A DNA stretch of 64,000 nt from an uncultured Methanoregulaceae archaeon (lineage in GTDB: Archaea; Halobacteriota; Methanomicrobia; Methanomicrobiales; Methanospirillaceae): assembly GCA_963818425.1 (NCBI GenBank), contig CAWFSA010000004.1:188016-252015 (forward strand), in the 5' to 3' direction. A program made the translations under genes and the position numbers. Below are positions 21,394 to 33,401 of the stretch, in pieces. The stretch's first letter is position 1, and every line of letters starts with the position of its first letter. The notes under the pieces are model-generated. The model searched no databases and was not told where the DNA came from. It was given only the letters and a program-made list of their open reading frames with translations.

Positions 21394-24300
21394 GGCGGGA
21401 GGTCAGGAAATACGGTACCCGAGCTTCCGGACCAGAGCAATCATTTCCAGAACCTGCTCTTCCTGCTTATTCGTGAGTTTCCGGCCTTTCTGGATCAGCC
21501 TGCCCATCCTTACGATCTGCATACGCTGGTCCTGCGTAAGCTCCTTGCAATGGTGCGACCATCTGAGCAGATCAAGCCATTGCGCACGGTTGAATGCAAC
21601 ATCCTTTCCACCAACCAGTGGTGCTGCGTCATCAGTATCCGGGGGGAATCCTCATCGTCTTCGATAGTATCTTCGCGGATATTTTCACGGTTATAATGCA
21701 TATCGGAAATGGAGGGAAGATAGTCTTCAAAAAGACTTTCCTCCTGATCAGCTTGACCGGGCAATAAATCCGGCAGCACATCATGTACCGGTTCGGTTAC
21801 CCGTTCCTGGATGATCGATACCCTGGGAATGCCGGCTGACTTTTCCCGGTCATCTTCATCGTCTTCGAACAGGTCCTCGACACTCTGGATATGCGAAGCC
21901 TCCGGTCCGGATACCTTCACCGGATCGATCGCAACGAGAGAGCGGGGGAGAGGATGGATTGCTTCCGGAATGTTGGGAGCTTTCACAATGAGCGAGCGCT
22001 TTTTTATTATTTCTGCTTCCTTTCTCATCCCGGATGACGGTGCCGGCCCTGGCGGCTGTTGCTTTCCGGCAACGGCCTCAAGCCGTTCCTGATCCGTCAT
22101 GTGATCTTCCCACTCATCGGCAAGGGCAACCCGGGCCTGATCGATCTCGGCAGTCAGGGCGGCTGCAACCTGTTCAGCCTCGATCTTTTCCCGGCTCAGG
22201 ACCGTGACCTGCTCTGCAAGGTTCTGGTTCTGCACCTTTGCGGTTTCATGCATCCTGCGCTCGGCACTCAGATCGGCATGCAGGGTTTTGGTCTCCGCTA
22301 CGAACCGTTCGAGTTCCTGCTCCTGCTGCTGCTGCTGGGACAATGCTTCCCTGAGCTGGTCTTCCGATTCCTGCCGGCGAACGGTCTCCTGTTCAAAGCT
22401 GGTTCTTACCCGTTCCAGCTCATCGGCAAGGGAAACGCGCTGCTGCTTTTCTTTCTCCCGTCCTTCTGAGACACTCTCCAGATCCTGACCGATCAGCCGA
22501 ATCTTCTCCTCAGCGAGATGCAGCTTCTCTTCGACTTCTGTTCTTGCGGAAACTGCAGAGTCGAGCTCTTGTTTCGTCTGCTCAAGCAAGGTCGTGTGCG
22601 AGGTAACGGCAGCCCTGGTATTGTCATGAACCCGGAGGAGCTCCCCCAGTTCCCGGTCACGCTGCAGGATTATCACGTTCATGCGTTCTTCGTTGTCTTT
22701 GTACCGGCTCTTTTCCTGATCCAGCTGGCTTTGCAATTCCTTCAGGGACGCAAAAAGCGATTCTGCCTGTACTTCCGCCTTCTCCTTTTCTGCATATACC
22801 CGTGCAAAATCTTCTTTCTGGGAGGTGCTGTTCCTTGTTACTGATTCAAGGGAGGCGTTTGTCTCCGCAAGAGCACGGGAAACGGACGCAAGCTCCTGCT
22901 CTGCGGACTCCCGGGCTGAACGGACCGTCGCAAGTTCAGTGGTGAGTGTTTTTATTGCCTGTTCTGCTTCTTCAAGGAGGGGACGGGTTGTATTAAACCG
23001 GGCCTGCAGGTCAAGAAGGTCCTTCTGTCTTTCCTTCAAGAGAGGTGTTCGTCTCCGCAAGAGCACGGGAAACGGACGCAAGTTCCTGCTCTGCGGACTC
23101 CCGGGCTGAACGGACCGTCGCAAGTTCAGTGGTGAGTGTTTTTATTACCTGTTCCTTTTCTTCAACGTGAGACTTGGCAGTATTAAGGCGGGCCTCCAGC
23201 TCGAGGTTGTCCTTCTTCTTTACGCTCAGGGCTGTGTTCGTTTCCGCAAGAACGCGGGAAACGGACGCAAGCTCCTGCTCTGTGGATTCCCGGGCTGAAT
23301 TAACCGTCGCGATTTCTTCGCTCAGTGTTTTTATTGCCTGTTCCTTTTCTTCAAGCCGGGACCCGGCTGCATCGAACCGGGCCTGCAGGTCGAGAAGATC
23401 CTTCTGTCTTCCTTCAAGAGAGGTGTTCGTCTCTGCAAGAGTACGGGAAACGGACGCAAGCTCCTGCTCTGATGACTCCCGGGCTGAATTGACCGTCGCG
23501 ATTTCTTCGCTCAGTGTTTTTATTGCCTGTTCCTTTTCTTCAAGCCGGGACCCGGCTGCATCGAACCGGGCCTGCAGGTCGAGAAGATCCTTCTGTCTTC
23601 CTTCAAGAGAGGTGTTCGTTTCCGCAAGAGTACGGGAAACGGACGCTAGCTCCTGCTCTGATGACTCCCGGGCTGAATTGACCGTCGCGATTTCTTCGCT
23701 CAGTGTTTTTATTGCCTGTTCCTTTTCTTCAAGCCGGGACCCGGCTGCATCGAACCGGGCCTGCAGGTCGAGAAGATCCTTCTGTCTTCCTTCAAGAGAG
23801 GTGTTCGTCTCTGCAAGAGTACGGGAAACGGACGCAAGCTCCTGCTCTGATGACTCCCGGGCTGAATTGACCGTCGCGATTTCTTCGCTCAGTGTTTTTA
23901 TTGCCTGTTCCTTTTCTTCAAGCCGGGACCCGGCTGTATCGAACCGGGCCTGCAGGTCGAGAAGATCCTTTTGCCCTGCCTCAAAGGTCACCCGGAAAGA
24001 TGCTTCCGCGTGTTCCTTTTCTGAGGTTACCTTATTCAGGTTCTCTTCGGTATTCTGGAGACGGGAACGTTCCGACTCCAGTTCTTCCTGGAAGCGGGTA
24101 CGCTCTGATTCAGAATCTTCCTTAAGCCGGCTCAAAGCGGCAGCTTGCTCTTTGGCCGTATCTTTCAAGTCGTTGATGATCCCCGTCAGGTCCTGTTCAG
24201 ACTGGGTTTTTGCAAGCGGTACCTGCATTCGAGCTCCTGGAGAACTTCCTGTGCCCGGTTCTTTTCCGCACCAAAATTAATCTTCAGCTGCTCATATTCG

Positions 24301-25334
24301 GTAGTAAGGTTCAGGAGCGACTTTTCCACCTGCTCTTTCTGGGTTGCAGTCGTGTAAAGTTCGCTCTCCACCCCTTTCCGCTGGCTGGATTCCCGGGCCA
24401 GTTCCCCATGGGCATGTTCCAGGGCGGGTTTGAGCGTTGCAAGTTCAGAGGACAGGTCGGATACCTGCCTCTGGAGCTGGTCGATGGTAGCCTGATGAGT
24501 GGCCTGCACTTCATCCTTTTCCGATGCAACCCGCTGGATCTCGCTTTGGGCTTCTGTAAGGGCAGATTTTTCTGTGGAAAGATCGCGGGATAATTCATCG
24601 ATAGCCGCAATTTTTTCCCTGACCGTCTGTTCGCTGTTGGAAAGCTGGCTGGTCAATTCCGTTAATTTCTGCTCTTTTGTTTTCAGCGTCTCGTTTATAA
24701 TGCCGATGACCTTGGTGTTTTCATGGACATTTTCTTCAAATTTTCTGATGCTGAAACCAAGGTTCCGGATATCTTCCTGTGCACGGGACAAGTCTGCTGA
24801 TTTATTGACGGCGATCTCGAAGGATGACAGGAGGAATTCAAGGAGTTTGCGGCGATCGGCGGTGACAACGAAGACCTGGTCGTCATGCTTGATCCTGAAC
24901 TGCGTCTTTATCTGCTCGGGGGTCTGGCGTTCAACCGGTATCGTGAGCATCCCTTCAATCAGCGAAAGGAGGTAGGAAGGATCGAAGGGATGAGCGATAA
25001 AATTGTCCGCATTGCAGTCGAGAACCCGCAGAAGGTCCCCCAGATCGGACGCACCGGTAATGAGAAGCAACGGGATGTTCCAGAGATATTCATCCGCTTT
25101 AATCTGCCTGCATACCTCAAACGCATCAGCATCGGGTACGGTTGAATCGCACATGAGCAGGTTGGGTTTTCCGTTCCGGAGTGTTTCAAGGAGGTGGGTG
25201 CCATCGGAAAAAAGGGTAACATAGTATCCTTCGTCCCTGAGCTGTTTTTCCAGTTGGGCGGACAACAGGGAATTCGCGCTTAAAATGAATATGTCAATGA
25301 CAGGTTCATTTCCATCTGACAGGGAAGCATTCAT
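21394..25334 (-). CDS. Large (~1300 aa) CheY-like receiver domain plus coiled-coil repeat protein with a small C-terminal domain, interrupted by 3 frameshifts (about 21645, 23035, 24200)
   Basis: The N-terminus has a REC-like fold: the LLMCD acceptor Asp is present but the acidic pair is replaced in IDIFILSAN. Most of the protein is Q/E/L/S-rich coiled coil built from 63-aa tandem repeats. The frameshifts fall at G6, TTT and TTTTT homopolymers. The C-terminal domain (DDAAPLVGGKDVAFNRAQWLDLLRWSHHCKELTQDQRMQIVRMGRLIQKGRKL...) becomes readable only after the shift at 21641-21646. Confidence 0.55.
22840..23990. repeat. Tandem 189-bp (63-codon) repeats inside the coiled-coil gene: four near-identical plus at least two diverged copies
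   Basis: The landmark acggacgcaagctcctgctct recurs at 22882, 23071, 23263, 23450, 23639 and 23828 with a period of 187-192 bp. The encoded unit is GRQKDLLDLQARFDAAGSRLEEKEQAIKTLSEEIATVNSARESSEQELASVSRTLAETNTSLE. Confidence 0.8.
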
Positions 25335-25485
25335 CTCAATCTCTCGCAGGCTATGGATCCTACCTATTATATGCCTGAATATATGATCTAGTATACTCTT
25401 TTAAAGCACTTCTGGTCGAACGGGATAAAACGCGGCACCTTTGCGACAGGAAAAACGTAAAAAAGCACAGCGGGGGCGGGAGTTT

Positions 25486-26176
25486 TTATTGTTCCCGGCC
25501 ATGCGGGAGGGGTAGCTGCCGCATGAAGACGTCCCGGGCGGCCTCACTCCGCCCTTTTTCCATCCACCAGTCGATCAGCGCCCGGGAAATGCTTGAGTTT
25601 TTCCGGGATGCGGGGAAGATGTTACCGGTCGAACCAGAATGCAGATTCAATCCCGGTTGTATCGACAACCAGCTCCCCCGAGTAAAAATATACGGTAAAA
25701 CCTACCCTGTGCGAGTTCGGGAATGGCCAGTGCCCGCTCCCGAAATAACGGATATTCTTTAACCGTAATCCTGGTTTCTTCAGGAGCTCGCGCACAAGGG
25801 CATGCTCAAGGTCCTCACCGGGATCAACAAATCCTGTTACAAGGCCAAACATCGTGGGGGAAAACCCCGGTGAACGGGCGGGCAGGATCCGGTTGTCCCG
25901 CTGCACCGGCACGATGATGGCCGGGGATACCAGGGGGTAGGTGACAAGCCTGCAGGTACCACACTGCTTTGACCGCTCTGTTCTGAACGGAGACATCTCT
26001 TTTCCGCTCCTGCCACAAAACCGGGTCATCCGGTCAAACCCGGTAATCCTGGCCGCAAAGGCTGCAATGGCAGGTTCTTCATCGGGAATACGCGCGACCG
26101 GTCCTGGTGAGCGATTATCATAACGCTGTCGTACTTTTCGTTCAGACTCATGGTTCTCTTTCCGGAAAAAACTCAC
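25486..26176 (-). CDS. NUDIX hydrolase of the NudC type (NAD+/NADH diphosphatase-like), with a frameshift near 25640-25665
   Basis: A zinc ribbon (CGRSGKEM...CGTCRL) precedes the Nudix box GFVDPGEDLEHALVRELLKK.G. The C-terminal tail (SIARALIDWW) is in another frame. Confidence 0.6.
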
Positions 26177-26242
26177 TCAGATCCAAACGGAGCAGGTCAT
26201 TTTAGCAAAAAGATATACATGATCGCATAAAAATCTACAGTA

Positions 26243-28086
26243 ATGATATCGGTCCTGTACGTTGATGATGAACCGGCCCTGCTCGAACTCTGCCGGATTT
26301 TTCTCGAGCAGACGGGCGAGTTCAGGATTGATACCGCAGGATCCGCAGAGGAAGCACTTGGAGAACTGGAGAAAAAACAGTATGATGCTATTATCTCCGA
26401 TTACCTGTTGCCGGGGATGGATGGCATCAGCTTCTTAAAATACGTCCGGCGGCATGACGACGATATCCCATTTGTCTTTTTTACCGGCAGGGGATACGAG
26501 GAAGGGGTTATCGACGCATTAAACAATGGCGCTGATTATTACCTCCTGAAAGGGGGAGCCCCGAACGTTCAGTTTGTGGAGCTGATGCATAAAATCCGCC
26601 AGGCGGTCGATAAAAGACAGGCCGGGCGGGACCTTCATGCATCAGAGAAACTGCTGACTGATCTTATCAATTTCCTCCCGGATGCAACCTTTGCGATTGA
26701 CCGTGAAGGAAAGGTGATCGCATGGAACCAGACTATTACGGAACTCACCGGGATCCCTGCGGCCAAAATGCTCGGAAAGGGAGACCATGAATACGCGATC
26801 CCGTTCTATGGAGATCGCCGGCCGATCCTTATTGACCGGGTCTTTGAACCGGATGAACAGATACATGAAGATTATTCCGGCATCCGTCGCGAGAACGGGA
26901 TACTCATCGCAGAGACCGATCTCACCCAGCTGCAGGGAAAAAGCTGACGCTCATGGGAAAGGCAAGCCCGCTCTATGACCGGCAGGGTAAGATAAGCGGG
27001 GCTATCGAATCTATCCGGGATATCACCGCCAGTAAACAGAGAGAGGATGCCCTTCGTCTCAGCGAGAGCCAGTACCGCTCCGTTATCGAATATGTTCAGG
27101 ACATGCTCTACCGTACGGACATGGAGGGGAAGATCACGATGATCAGTCCTGCCGGAGCAAAGCTTCCGGGTACGATTCTGCGGAAGAGATGGTAGGCCTT
27201 GACCTGGCCCAGACCTTGTATGCCGATTCGCAGGAGCGAAAAAAGTTCCTTGCAGTCCTTGCAAGAGATGGTTCGGTGAATGCGTATCCCCTCGTTCTCA
27301 GGGGCCGTGACGGGAACCTGTACCATGTAACCGCGAGCAGCCATTATGTTTATGATGCACAGGGAAACGTGCTCGGGATTGAAGGAATCATTCATGACGT
27401 CACTCATCTCAAACGGACGGTTGATGCGCTTAAAGAGGCAAACAGGAGGCTTAACCTGCTGAATAGTGTTACCCGCCATGATGTGGCAAATCAGACTCAT
27501 GGTGCTCCAGGGGTATATCCAGCTGGCGGAAATAAAGAACTCCGACCCTGTCATCAGCGATTTCCTGCAGAAGCTCGATACGGTGGCCGCGACAATCGGG
27601 CGACAGATCGGGTTTTCGAAGACCTATCAGGAACTTGGCGCCCATGCACCCGGATGGTTTAATCTTGACGATATATTTCCAAAGATCAAACCAAAGGACG
27701 TCCTCTTTTCCCATTCGTGCCCGGGAGCAGAGGTCTTTGCGGATCCGATGCTGGAAAAAGTATTTGCCAACCTTTTTGCCAATTCGATTATGCATGGCGA
27801 ACGGGTATCACGAATTACGGTCCGCTGTGAACCGGCAGGTGATGATCTGCTGATCACGGTTGAAGACAATGGTATCGGGATCCCCCTTGACGTAAAGGAG
27901 GGTATATTCAGGAAAGGTTCCGGGAAAAATACCGGCTTTGGCCTCTTTTTAGCCCGCGAGATCCTCGCCATCACCGGCATCTCGATTCACGAGACCGGCA
28001 TGCACGGGACCGGCGCCCGGTTTGAGATAATCGTACCGAAGAACTGCTTCAGGTTCTGCGGGGATTCCGGGAGCCGGAGTGCGTGA
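26243..28086 (+). CDS. Hybrid sensor: receiver (REC), two PAS domains and a histidine kinase, interrupted by 3 frameshifts (about 26940, 27185, 27490)
   Basis: REC (VLYVDDEP...DAIISDYLLPGMDG), PAS, an H-box (RHDVANQ) and HATPase_c (N-box NLFANSIMHG, G-boxes DNGIGI and GFGLFL) are spread over four overlapping ORFs. Confidence 0.7.
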
Positions 28087-28194
28087 AGAGGGATCGTTGT
28101 CCCGGAATTTCAGGGTCTGACATCTGCAGGAACGGAATTGGATACTGTTTTTTAAAGAAATTATTGATATCGGATACCAGCGAACCTTCAGGAG

Positions 28195-29154
28195 ATGCAT
28201 ATGGGCTATACAGTCACTCTGATTTCAACAGATGAGAGGGAGCGTCTCATGGAGGTGCACCTGCCAAGGGTCCGGTACGAGATCAAATCAGACCTGTACG
28301 GCTGCTGTATCAAGCTGATGACGGACGATCACGCCACCAAGGATACCTGGGAGAATAATTTTTATTCCACATCCCAGAACATCCGCTCGCACGGGAGGCT
28401 CCTTATCTTCAAAAATGCTGCCTGTGCACCCGATACCGTCCTGTTCGATCCCTTATCAAGGACTGCATTCCTGTTCAATTTTTCCTACTATGGCTGGATC
28501 AAGTCCATCGCACTCAGCCTTGCCGGGGACATCCTTGAAGACCACCATGGGATATTTTCCGTGCATGGCTCCTGCGTGGATATCGGGGGAAAAGGGCTCT
28601 GCATCATCGGGGCGCCCCGGGCGGGGAAGACAACGCAGACGTACGGCCTGCTCCAGGACCCGCATACCCGGATCGTGGCGGACGACTGGTTCTTTTCAAG
28701 AGTATACGGGCCGGATATCCTTGCCTATAGTTCTGAAAAAAATTTTTACATCGGGGAAGACCTTGGCATAATCTGGAAAGAGTTTGGCGGACTGGTGCCG
28801 GACGGGGACTTTGATCACAATGGCCGGGCAGTAGCCGATATCCGGTGGGTGATCGGCAAGGGAAGAATCCTGCCGATGACCACGCTGAAGACGATTATAG
28901 TCCTGAAACGGGATCCTGCCGACAGCACCATCTCGCGGACGCTTGACCCGGAGAGCGGTCTCAGACTCTTTATCGAAAACAATTATTTCAATCCGCACCT
29001 GCTCGTCCACAATCCGTTCAAGGAACGGATCCGGAACCGGTATGTTGCCGATCTGCTGGACCGGACAACCGTGTACCAGGTCACTACGAACGGGACGCCG
29101 CAGGAAACCCAGAAGATGATCCGGTCGCTCGCCGGGATTCCGCAGAACGGGTAA
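28195..29154 (+). CDS. HPr kinase C-terminal-domain-like P-loop protein (HprK-related)
   Basis: 319 aa. VHGSCVDIGGKGLCIIGAPRAGKTT matches the HprK-C pattern LHG..V...G.GVLI.G.SG.GKS. Confidence 0.5.
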   Translation: MHMGYTVTLISTDERERLMEVHLPRVRYEIKSDLYGCCIKLMTDDHATKDTWENNFYSTSQNIRSHGRLLIFKNAACAPDTVLFDPLSRTAFLFNFSYYGWIKSIALSLAGDILEDHHGIFSVHGSCVDIGGKGLCIIGAPRAGKTTQTYGLLQDPHTRIVADDWFFSRVYGPDILAYSSEKNFYIGEDLGIIWKEFGGLVPDGDFDHNGRAVADIRWVIGKGRILPMTTLKTIIVLKRDPADSTISRTLDPESGLRLFIENNYFNPHLLVHNPFKERIRNRYVADLLDRTTVYQVTTNGTPQETQKMIRSLAGIPQNG

Positions 29155-29451
29155 AAGAGAGCCGAAACGATCAGGAACTCTTACCCGTGCCGGGTGGATT
29201 CCTCGCACGTATTCCCGTGCAGGATGACTAACGGGCCCAAACGGGAGAGGGGATACAGGGTATCGAAATCCATGAGCGGCCGGCATTACCGGGGGTATAG
29301 TTCCCGTTGACGATCACCGGGTATACGTACCCGGGGCCGGCACTGACAGCGGATATACCGGTGCAAAAGCGGCGGGGCAGATCTGCAGAGATAATCCCCA
29401 AAGAGCGTGATAATTTTTTTTAGAGAATTTCCCTCGAGAGCCAGGAGGCCC

Positions 29452-30249
29452 TCATGAGAGGGCTCCCCGTACTGCCTCAGCTGCCTCCTGCTCATCGAAA
29501 TAGGTCTCAAGGTAATCAAGGGTCTCAAGGTCAACGTCCGCATAGGTATGGGCGCCAATCTCGAACGGATTATCCATGTCATGGATCAACAACACCAGAC
29601 CAATCAGCATGCTGCACGTGACCGCAAAGATGATCGTGCCTTCCAGGAGAGGGTCAATCTTCACAAACAGCATCAGGAGGATGACACTCACGGTTGCAAT
29701 CTCGGCAAGCGCATAGGCAGCGGGGATGAAATCCGTCCGAATGATCACCTCGATCCGGTTGGTCATCTTGTCGATAATGCCCAGCTCGTTTCTCAGTTTT
29801 GCGATCAGGGGCGGCGCGACATTTGCAAGAGCAAGGGTCCGGATATCGTTGTTGACCTCATCCATCCCGCTGTTGATGTCCGCAAGATTCCAGCTGTTCT
29901 CCTTAAAGCAACGGATAATGGTCCGATGGAGGTCGCGGACGTGCGTCCTGAAGAGCCGGGCCGGGGCATCATCTGTAAGCGGGAAAACCCGGCTGTCGTT
30001 GTACAGGGCTTTCAGGGCAGCAGCGAGGTCCCCACCGACTTTTTCGCTCTCCTTGAAGTCCGTGAAGGTGCCGGAGAAGATGATCGCAATCGTGAAGATG
30101 GCGCCGGTGATGAACGCGCCCACGACCGGGTTGATCGGCACCGTATCAAAACCAAGGATGTCAATGATGGACCTCGGTATGAGGAGGAGGAGCATAAGGA
30201 CAACGGCCTTGATGATGAGACCCCATTTCTTTCTGGTTTCCAGATCCAT
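29452..30249 (-). CDS. Hypothetical membrane protein (2+2 TM, DUF4239-like topology)
   Basis: The start is placed at Met MDLETRKKWGLIIK; the ORF upstream of it is Ser-rich junk. It has two TM helices near each end. Confidence 0.4.
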   Translation of the reverse strand: MDLETRKKWGLIIKAVVLMLLLLIPRSIIDILGFDTVPINPVVGAFITGAIFTIAIIFSGTFTDFKESEKVGGDLAAALKALYNDSRVFPLTDDAPARLFRTHVRDLHRTIIRCFKENSWNLADINSGMDEVNNDIRTLALANVAPPLIAKLRNELGIIDKMTNRIEVIIRTDFIPAAYALAEIATVSVILLMLFVKIDPLLEGTIIFAVTCSMLIGLVLLIHDMDNPFEIGAHTYADVDLETLDYLETYFDEQEAAEAVRGALS

Positions 30250-30301
30250 AGGACACGTTTGGCTGTAGTGCAATTTAGACAGATCGTTTTGAATGATATC
30301 G

Positions 30302-30952
30302 TCACTTGTGTACGGGCTGGTCGATGCTGTTCCGGAACTGGATGAGCCGGTCGCAGAACTCCCCGAGATACTCGTCCATGGAGAGGCTCCCTTCCTCGAA
30401 TATGCAGTCTCCCTCCTCAATGACCTTGTCGATCCTATCCCGGCTTGGCAGGATCAGATCAAACGGTACACCGGCCTCTTCAGATCCACGGATAAGCGCC
30501 TGCCGGAAGAGACCAATACAATATGCTATACGGAAATGGTAGAGATGCCGGGTCTTGGTAAGATACCCGGCCACCCGTGCGGTCTCGATGCGGAGAAAAT
30601 CATCGAGGACTTTTGGGTCTTTGCATTTGCCCAGCATGTAGTGATAATGGGCATACGGGTACATCTCTTCAAGTTCCGCAGGGACAATCCCGCAGGTTCC
30701 GAAGATGACGAGATGGTATTGGTCCGGTTTCAGGACCTGGGCAATGACCGACCGGATCAGCTGGTGGCTGGGGCTGGCACTGTAGGGTTTCCGGATCGCA
30801 CAGGGCATGAAGATCGCGATATCCCGGGGAACTACCGCATATTCATCGATAATGTACCGGTACGACTTCTCGAACTCCGGCAGGTAGAACGGGGGATCGG
30901 TCAGCAATGCATCCTTCCCCTTCGCTGCACCTTGTCCCTTGTAATCACCCAT
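30302..30952 (-). CDS. Conserved hypothetical protein (possible ArcS-associated/DUF5591-like domain)
   Basis: 216 aa with conserved-looking motifs FMPCAIRKPYS.SPSH and VIFGTCGIVP.ELE. The function is not recognised with confidence. Confidence 0.4.
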   Translation of the reverse strand: MGDYKGQGAAKGKDALLTDPPFYLPEFEKSYRYIIDEYAVVPRDIAIFMPCAIRKPYSASPSHQLIRSVIAQVLKPDQYHLVIFGTCGIVPAELEEMYPYAHYHYMLGKCKDPKVLDDFLRIETARVAGYLTKTRHLYHFRIAYCIGLFRQALIRGSEEAGVPFDLILPSRDRIDKVIEEGDCIFEEGSLSMDEYLGEFCDRLIQFRNSIDQPVHK

Positions 30953-31084
30953 GATCGTTCCTGATCAGATTATCTTCACCATGACAAGAAGGGATCGCAC
31001 CTATCCTGTACGAAACCACCGTCACCGGGTCAAAAAGATAAATTCTTTAATATAATGCACACATCCTCCTAACCAAGGTGAAAA

Positions 31085-32917
31085 ATGGCAGTTCTGGACT
31101 CATTTTTTATCGTTGTCGCATTCCTTGTCGTGGCCTGGTTTATCATCAGGGGATTCAGGCTCGTGCGCGACGATGATGTCGGTATCGTAACAAGGAAGAT
31201 GTTCGGCCCAACACTCCCGCAGGGTCAGATCATCGCAACAAAAGGGGAAGTCGGTGTGCAGGCAGATATCCTGATGCCCGGGCTCTACTGGAGGATCCCT
31301 ATTATCTGGAAGATCGAACGGGCACCCGTAACGAAGATCAAACCGGGGTCCATCGGGGTTGTCGAATCCATTGAGGGAAAACCGATACCCACCGGACGCC
31401 TTCTGGCTGATGAAGTACCCTGCAATTCCTTCCAGGATGCCAAGACATTCCTGAACAACGGGGGATGCAAGGGGCCGCAGGTGGATATCCTCCACCCTGG
31501 TACTTACCGTATCAACACGAAAGTGTTCAAAATACAGGAGGTCCCTGCAACAGAGGTAGGCAGGGAGCAGGTCGGGGTGGCGATCGCCCTCGACGGGATC
31601 TCCCTGCCCAGCGGATTTAACGTTGCACCCGAACCAACTGGCGACCACAAGCATTTCCAGGACGGGCAGGCGTTTATCCGGAACCAGGGATACCGCGGCC
31701 CGCAGCTGGAGACGCTCCAGCCGGGAGAATATTATATCAATCCCCTCCTGTTCGATGTGGCCATGTCGGAGGTTGCCGTCATTCCTCCGGGCTATGTCGC
31801 GGTTATCATCTCCAGTGTAGGCAAGGAACTGGAAAAACCGCAGCATGAAGCACCACCAGTAAGTGCCACCCCCAATCTTGGTCAGCCACTCCATGAAGCT
31901 GCTGAAACCCCCCTTATCACGAGCAAGAGCGAGCGGGGGATTCTCGTGGATCCGATCGCTCCCGGTAAATATAACCTGAACCGGATTGCCTACCGGGCGG
32001 AGATGGTTCCGACCAGTGCAATCACCATTGACTGGGCAGAGAAGAACATCATCCGGGAGACAAGGACGATGATCCCGGGAAGGACTGAATCCGTGGAAAG
32101 CGTGAAAGTCTCCGAGTTCTTCGCCTACAGCCAGCTGAAATTCACGTCAAAAGACGGTTTCCAGCTGGAAGTCGAGGTCCGGCTCATCATCCGCATCCCG
32201 CCGGCAAATGCCCCGTACGTCATTGCCCGGTTCGGAACAGTAACCAACCTGATCGAACAGGTTGCCCACCCCCTGATCGATTCGTCGTTCAGGAACGAGG
32301 CCGGCGACCGGGCGGCAATGGACTTTGTCCACAGCCGCTCCACGATCCAGTCTGCCGCCCTGGAAAAAGTCAGGAGGGAATTCATCAGTTATCATGTCGA
32401 GGTTCAGGGCCTGCTGATTGCGTACATCAAGGTCGATGAGAAACTGCTGGAGACCCAGACCAAGAAGGAGATCGCGGTCCAGCAGCAGCAGCAGTACGAG
32501 CAGGAGGCAAAGGCACAGGAACGCCGCATCGCTGTTGCCGAAAAAACAGCCCGTGCCGATAAACAGATGGACGTTATCACGGCAAAACTGTCCATTGATA
32601 TCGCAACCGACAGGGCCGAAGCGTTCCGCAAAGAGGCAGAGGGGATCCGCGATGCCACCAAAACAAAAGCAGACGGTGTCTCCTACGAAGCACAGAAAGT
32701 CGGTGAAGGTACCGCTGCAGCATACAAGGCCCAGACCGATGTGCTCGGGCCGGAACGTATCGCAGCCATCAAACTGATCCAGGAGATAGCAGCGGGAAAG
32801 GTAACCATAACGCCGAATGTACTGGTAGCCGGGGGGGAGAACACCCAGAGCGGCAACCTTATCAACGCCATCCTTGCCACATGGTTAACGAAAGAGACAC
32901 CGCAAAAACCGGAATAA
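31085..32917 (+). CDS. Flotillin-like SPFH/band-7 domain protein
   Basis: 610 aa with an N-terminal TM and an SPFH domain, then a long Q/E/A-rich coiled-coil (flotillin) region (QQQQQYEQEAKAQERRIAVAEK...). Confidence 0.7.
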   Translation: MAVLDSFFIVVAFLVVAWFIIRGFRLVRDDDVGIVTRKMFGPTLPQGQIIATKGEVGVQADILMPGLYWRIPIIWKIERAPVTKIKPGSIGVVESIEGKPIPTGRLLADEVPCNSFQDAKTFLNNGGCKGPQVDILHPGTYRINTKVFKIQEVPATEVGREQVGVAIALDGISLPSGFNVAPEPTGDHKHFQDGQAFIRNQGYRGPQLETLQPGEYYINPLLFDVAMSEVAVIPPGYVAVIISSVGKELEKPQHEAPPVSATPNLGQPLHEAAETPLITSKSERGILVDPIAPGKYNLNRIAYRAEMVPTSAITIDWAEKNIIRETRTMIPGRTESVESVKVSEFFAYSQLKFTSKDGFQLEVEVRLIIRIPPANAPYVIARFGTVTNLIEQVAHPLIDSSFRNEAGDRAAMDFVHSRSTIQSAALEKVRREFISYHVEVQGLLIAYIKVDEKLLETQTKKEIAVQQQQQYEQEAKAQERRIAVAEKTARADKQMDVITAKLSIDIATDRAEAFRKEAEGIRDATKTKADGVSYEAQKVGEGTAAAYKAQTDVLGPERIAAIKLIQEIAAGKVTITPNVLVAGGENTQSGNLINAILATWLTKETPQKPE

Positions 32918-32983
32918 CAGAAATAATCTTTTTTTTAAAAACGGATATGAATCGTCAGATTCACATCAGAATTATTATAAATT

Positions 32984-33198
32984 GCTCTGTAGAAAACCTG
33001 TTTCATGATATATGATCACCCCCCTTGCGCCAGCCCTACCCCCGTTGGGGGCGGGGGCGCATGTGATGCCTCGGCATTACTTATACAAAAACTCTCTGCA
33101 TTTTTTGTAAACGGGTAATACGGCGCTATCATAATGGGGCGCCCCAGCGGCGGGGCGAAGCCCCTGGAGCGTGTAACTCTAAATGATTTCTACAGAGC
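32984..33198. mobile_element. MITE copy 2 (orientation B)
   Basis: 215 bp with TIRs GCTCTGTAGAAAAC / ATTTCTACAGAGC, flanked by TATAAATT on both sides. Confidence 0.6.
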
Positions 33199-33401
33199 GT
33201 TATAAATTGAAAAAGGGATTTCAAATACAAAAAAGTAATTATTTTTACTTTTAATCACGATGAACCCCGCCGCCCCGAGGGGCGCCCCCGCGGCGGATCA
33301 GTGAGGGAATTAGAGAATGCGTGAAACCTGCATGCCCCGCCGTGCCTCGGAGAAACCCTGACAGGCGGGGAGCCCTCAGTATAATCGACATGGTTTAACT
33401 G

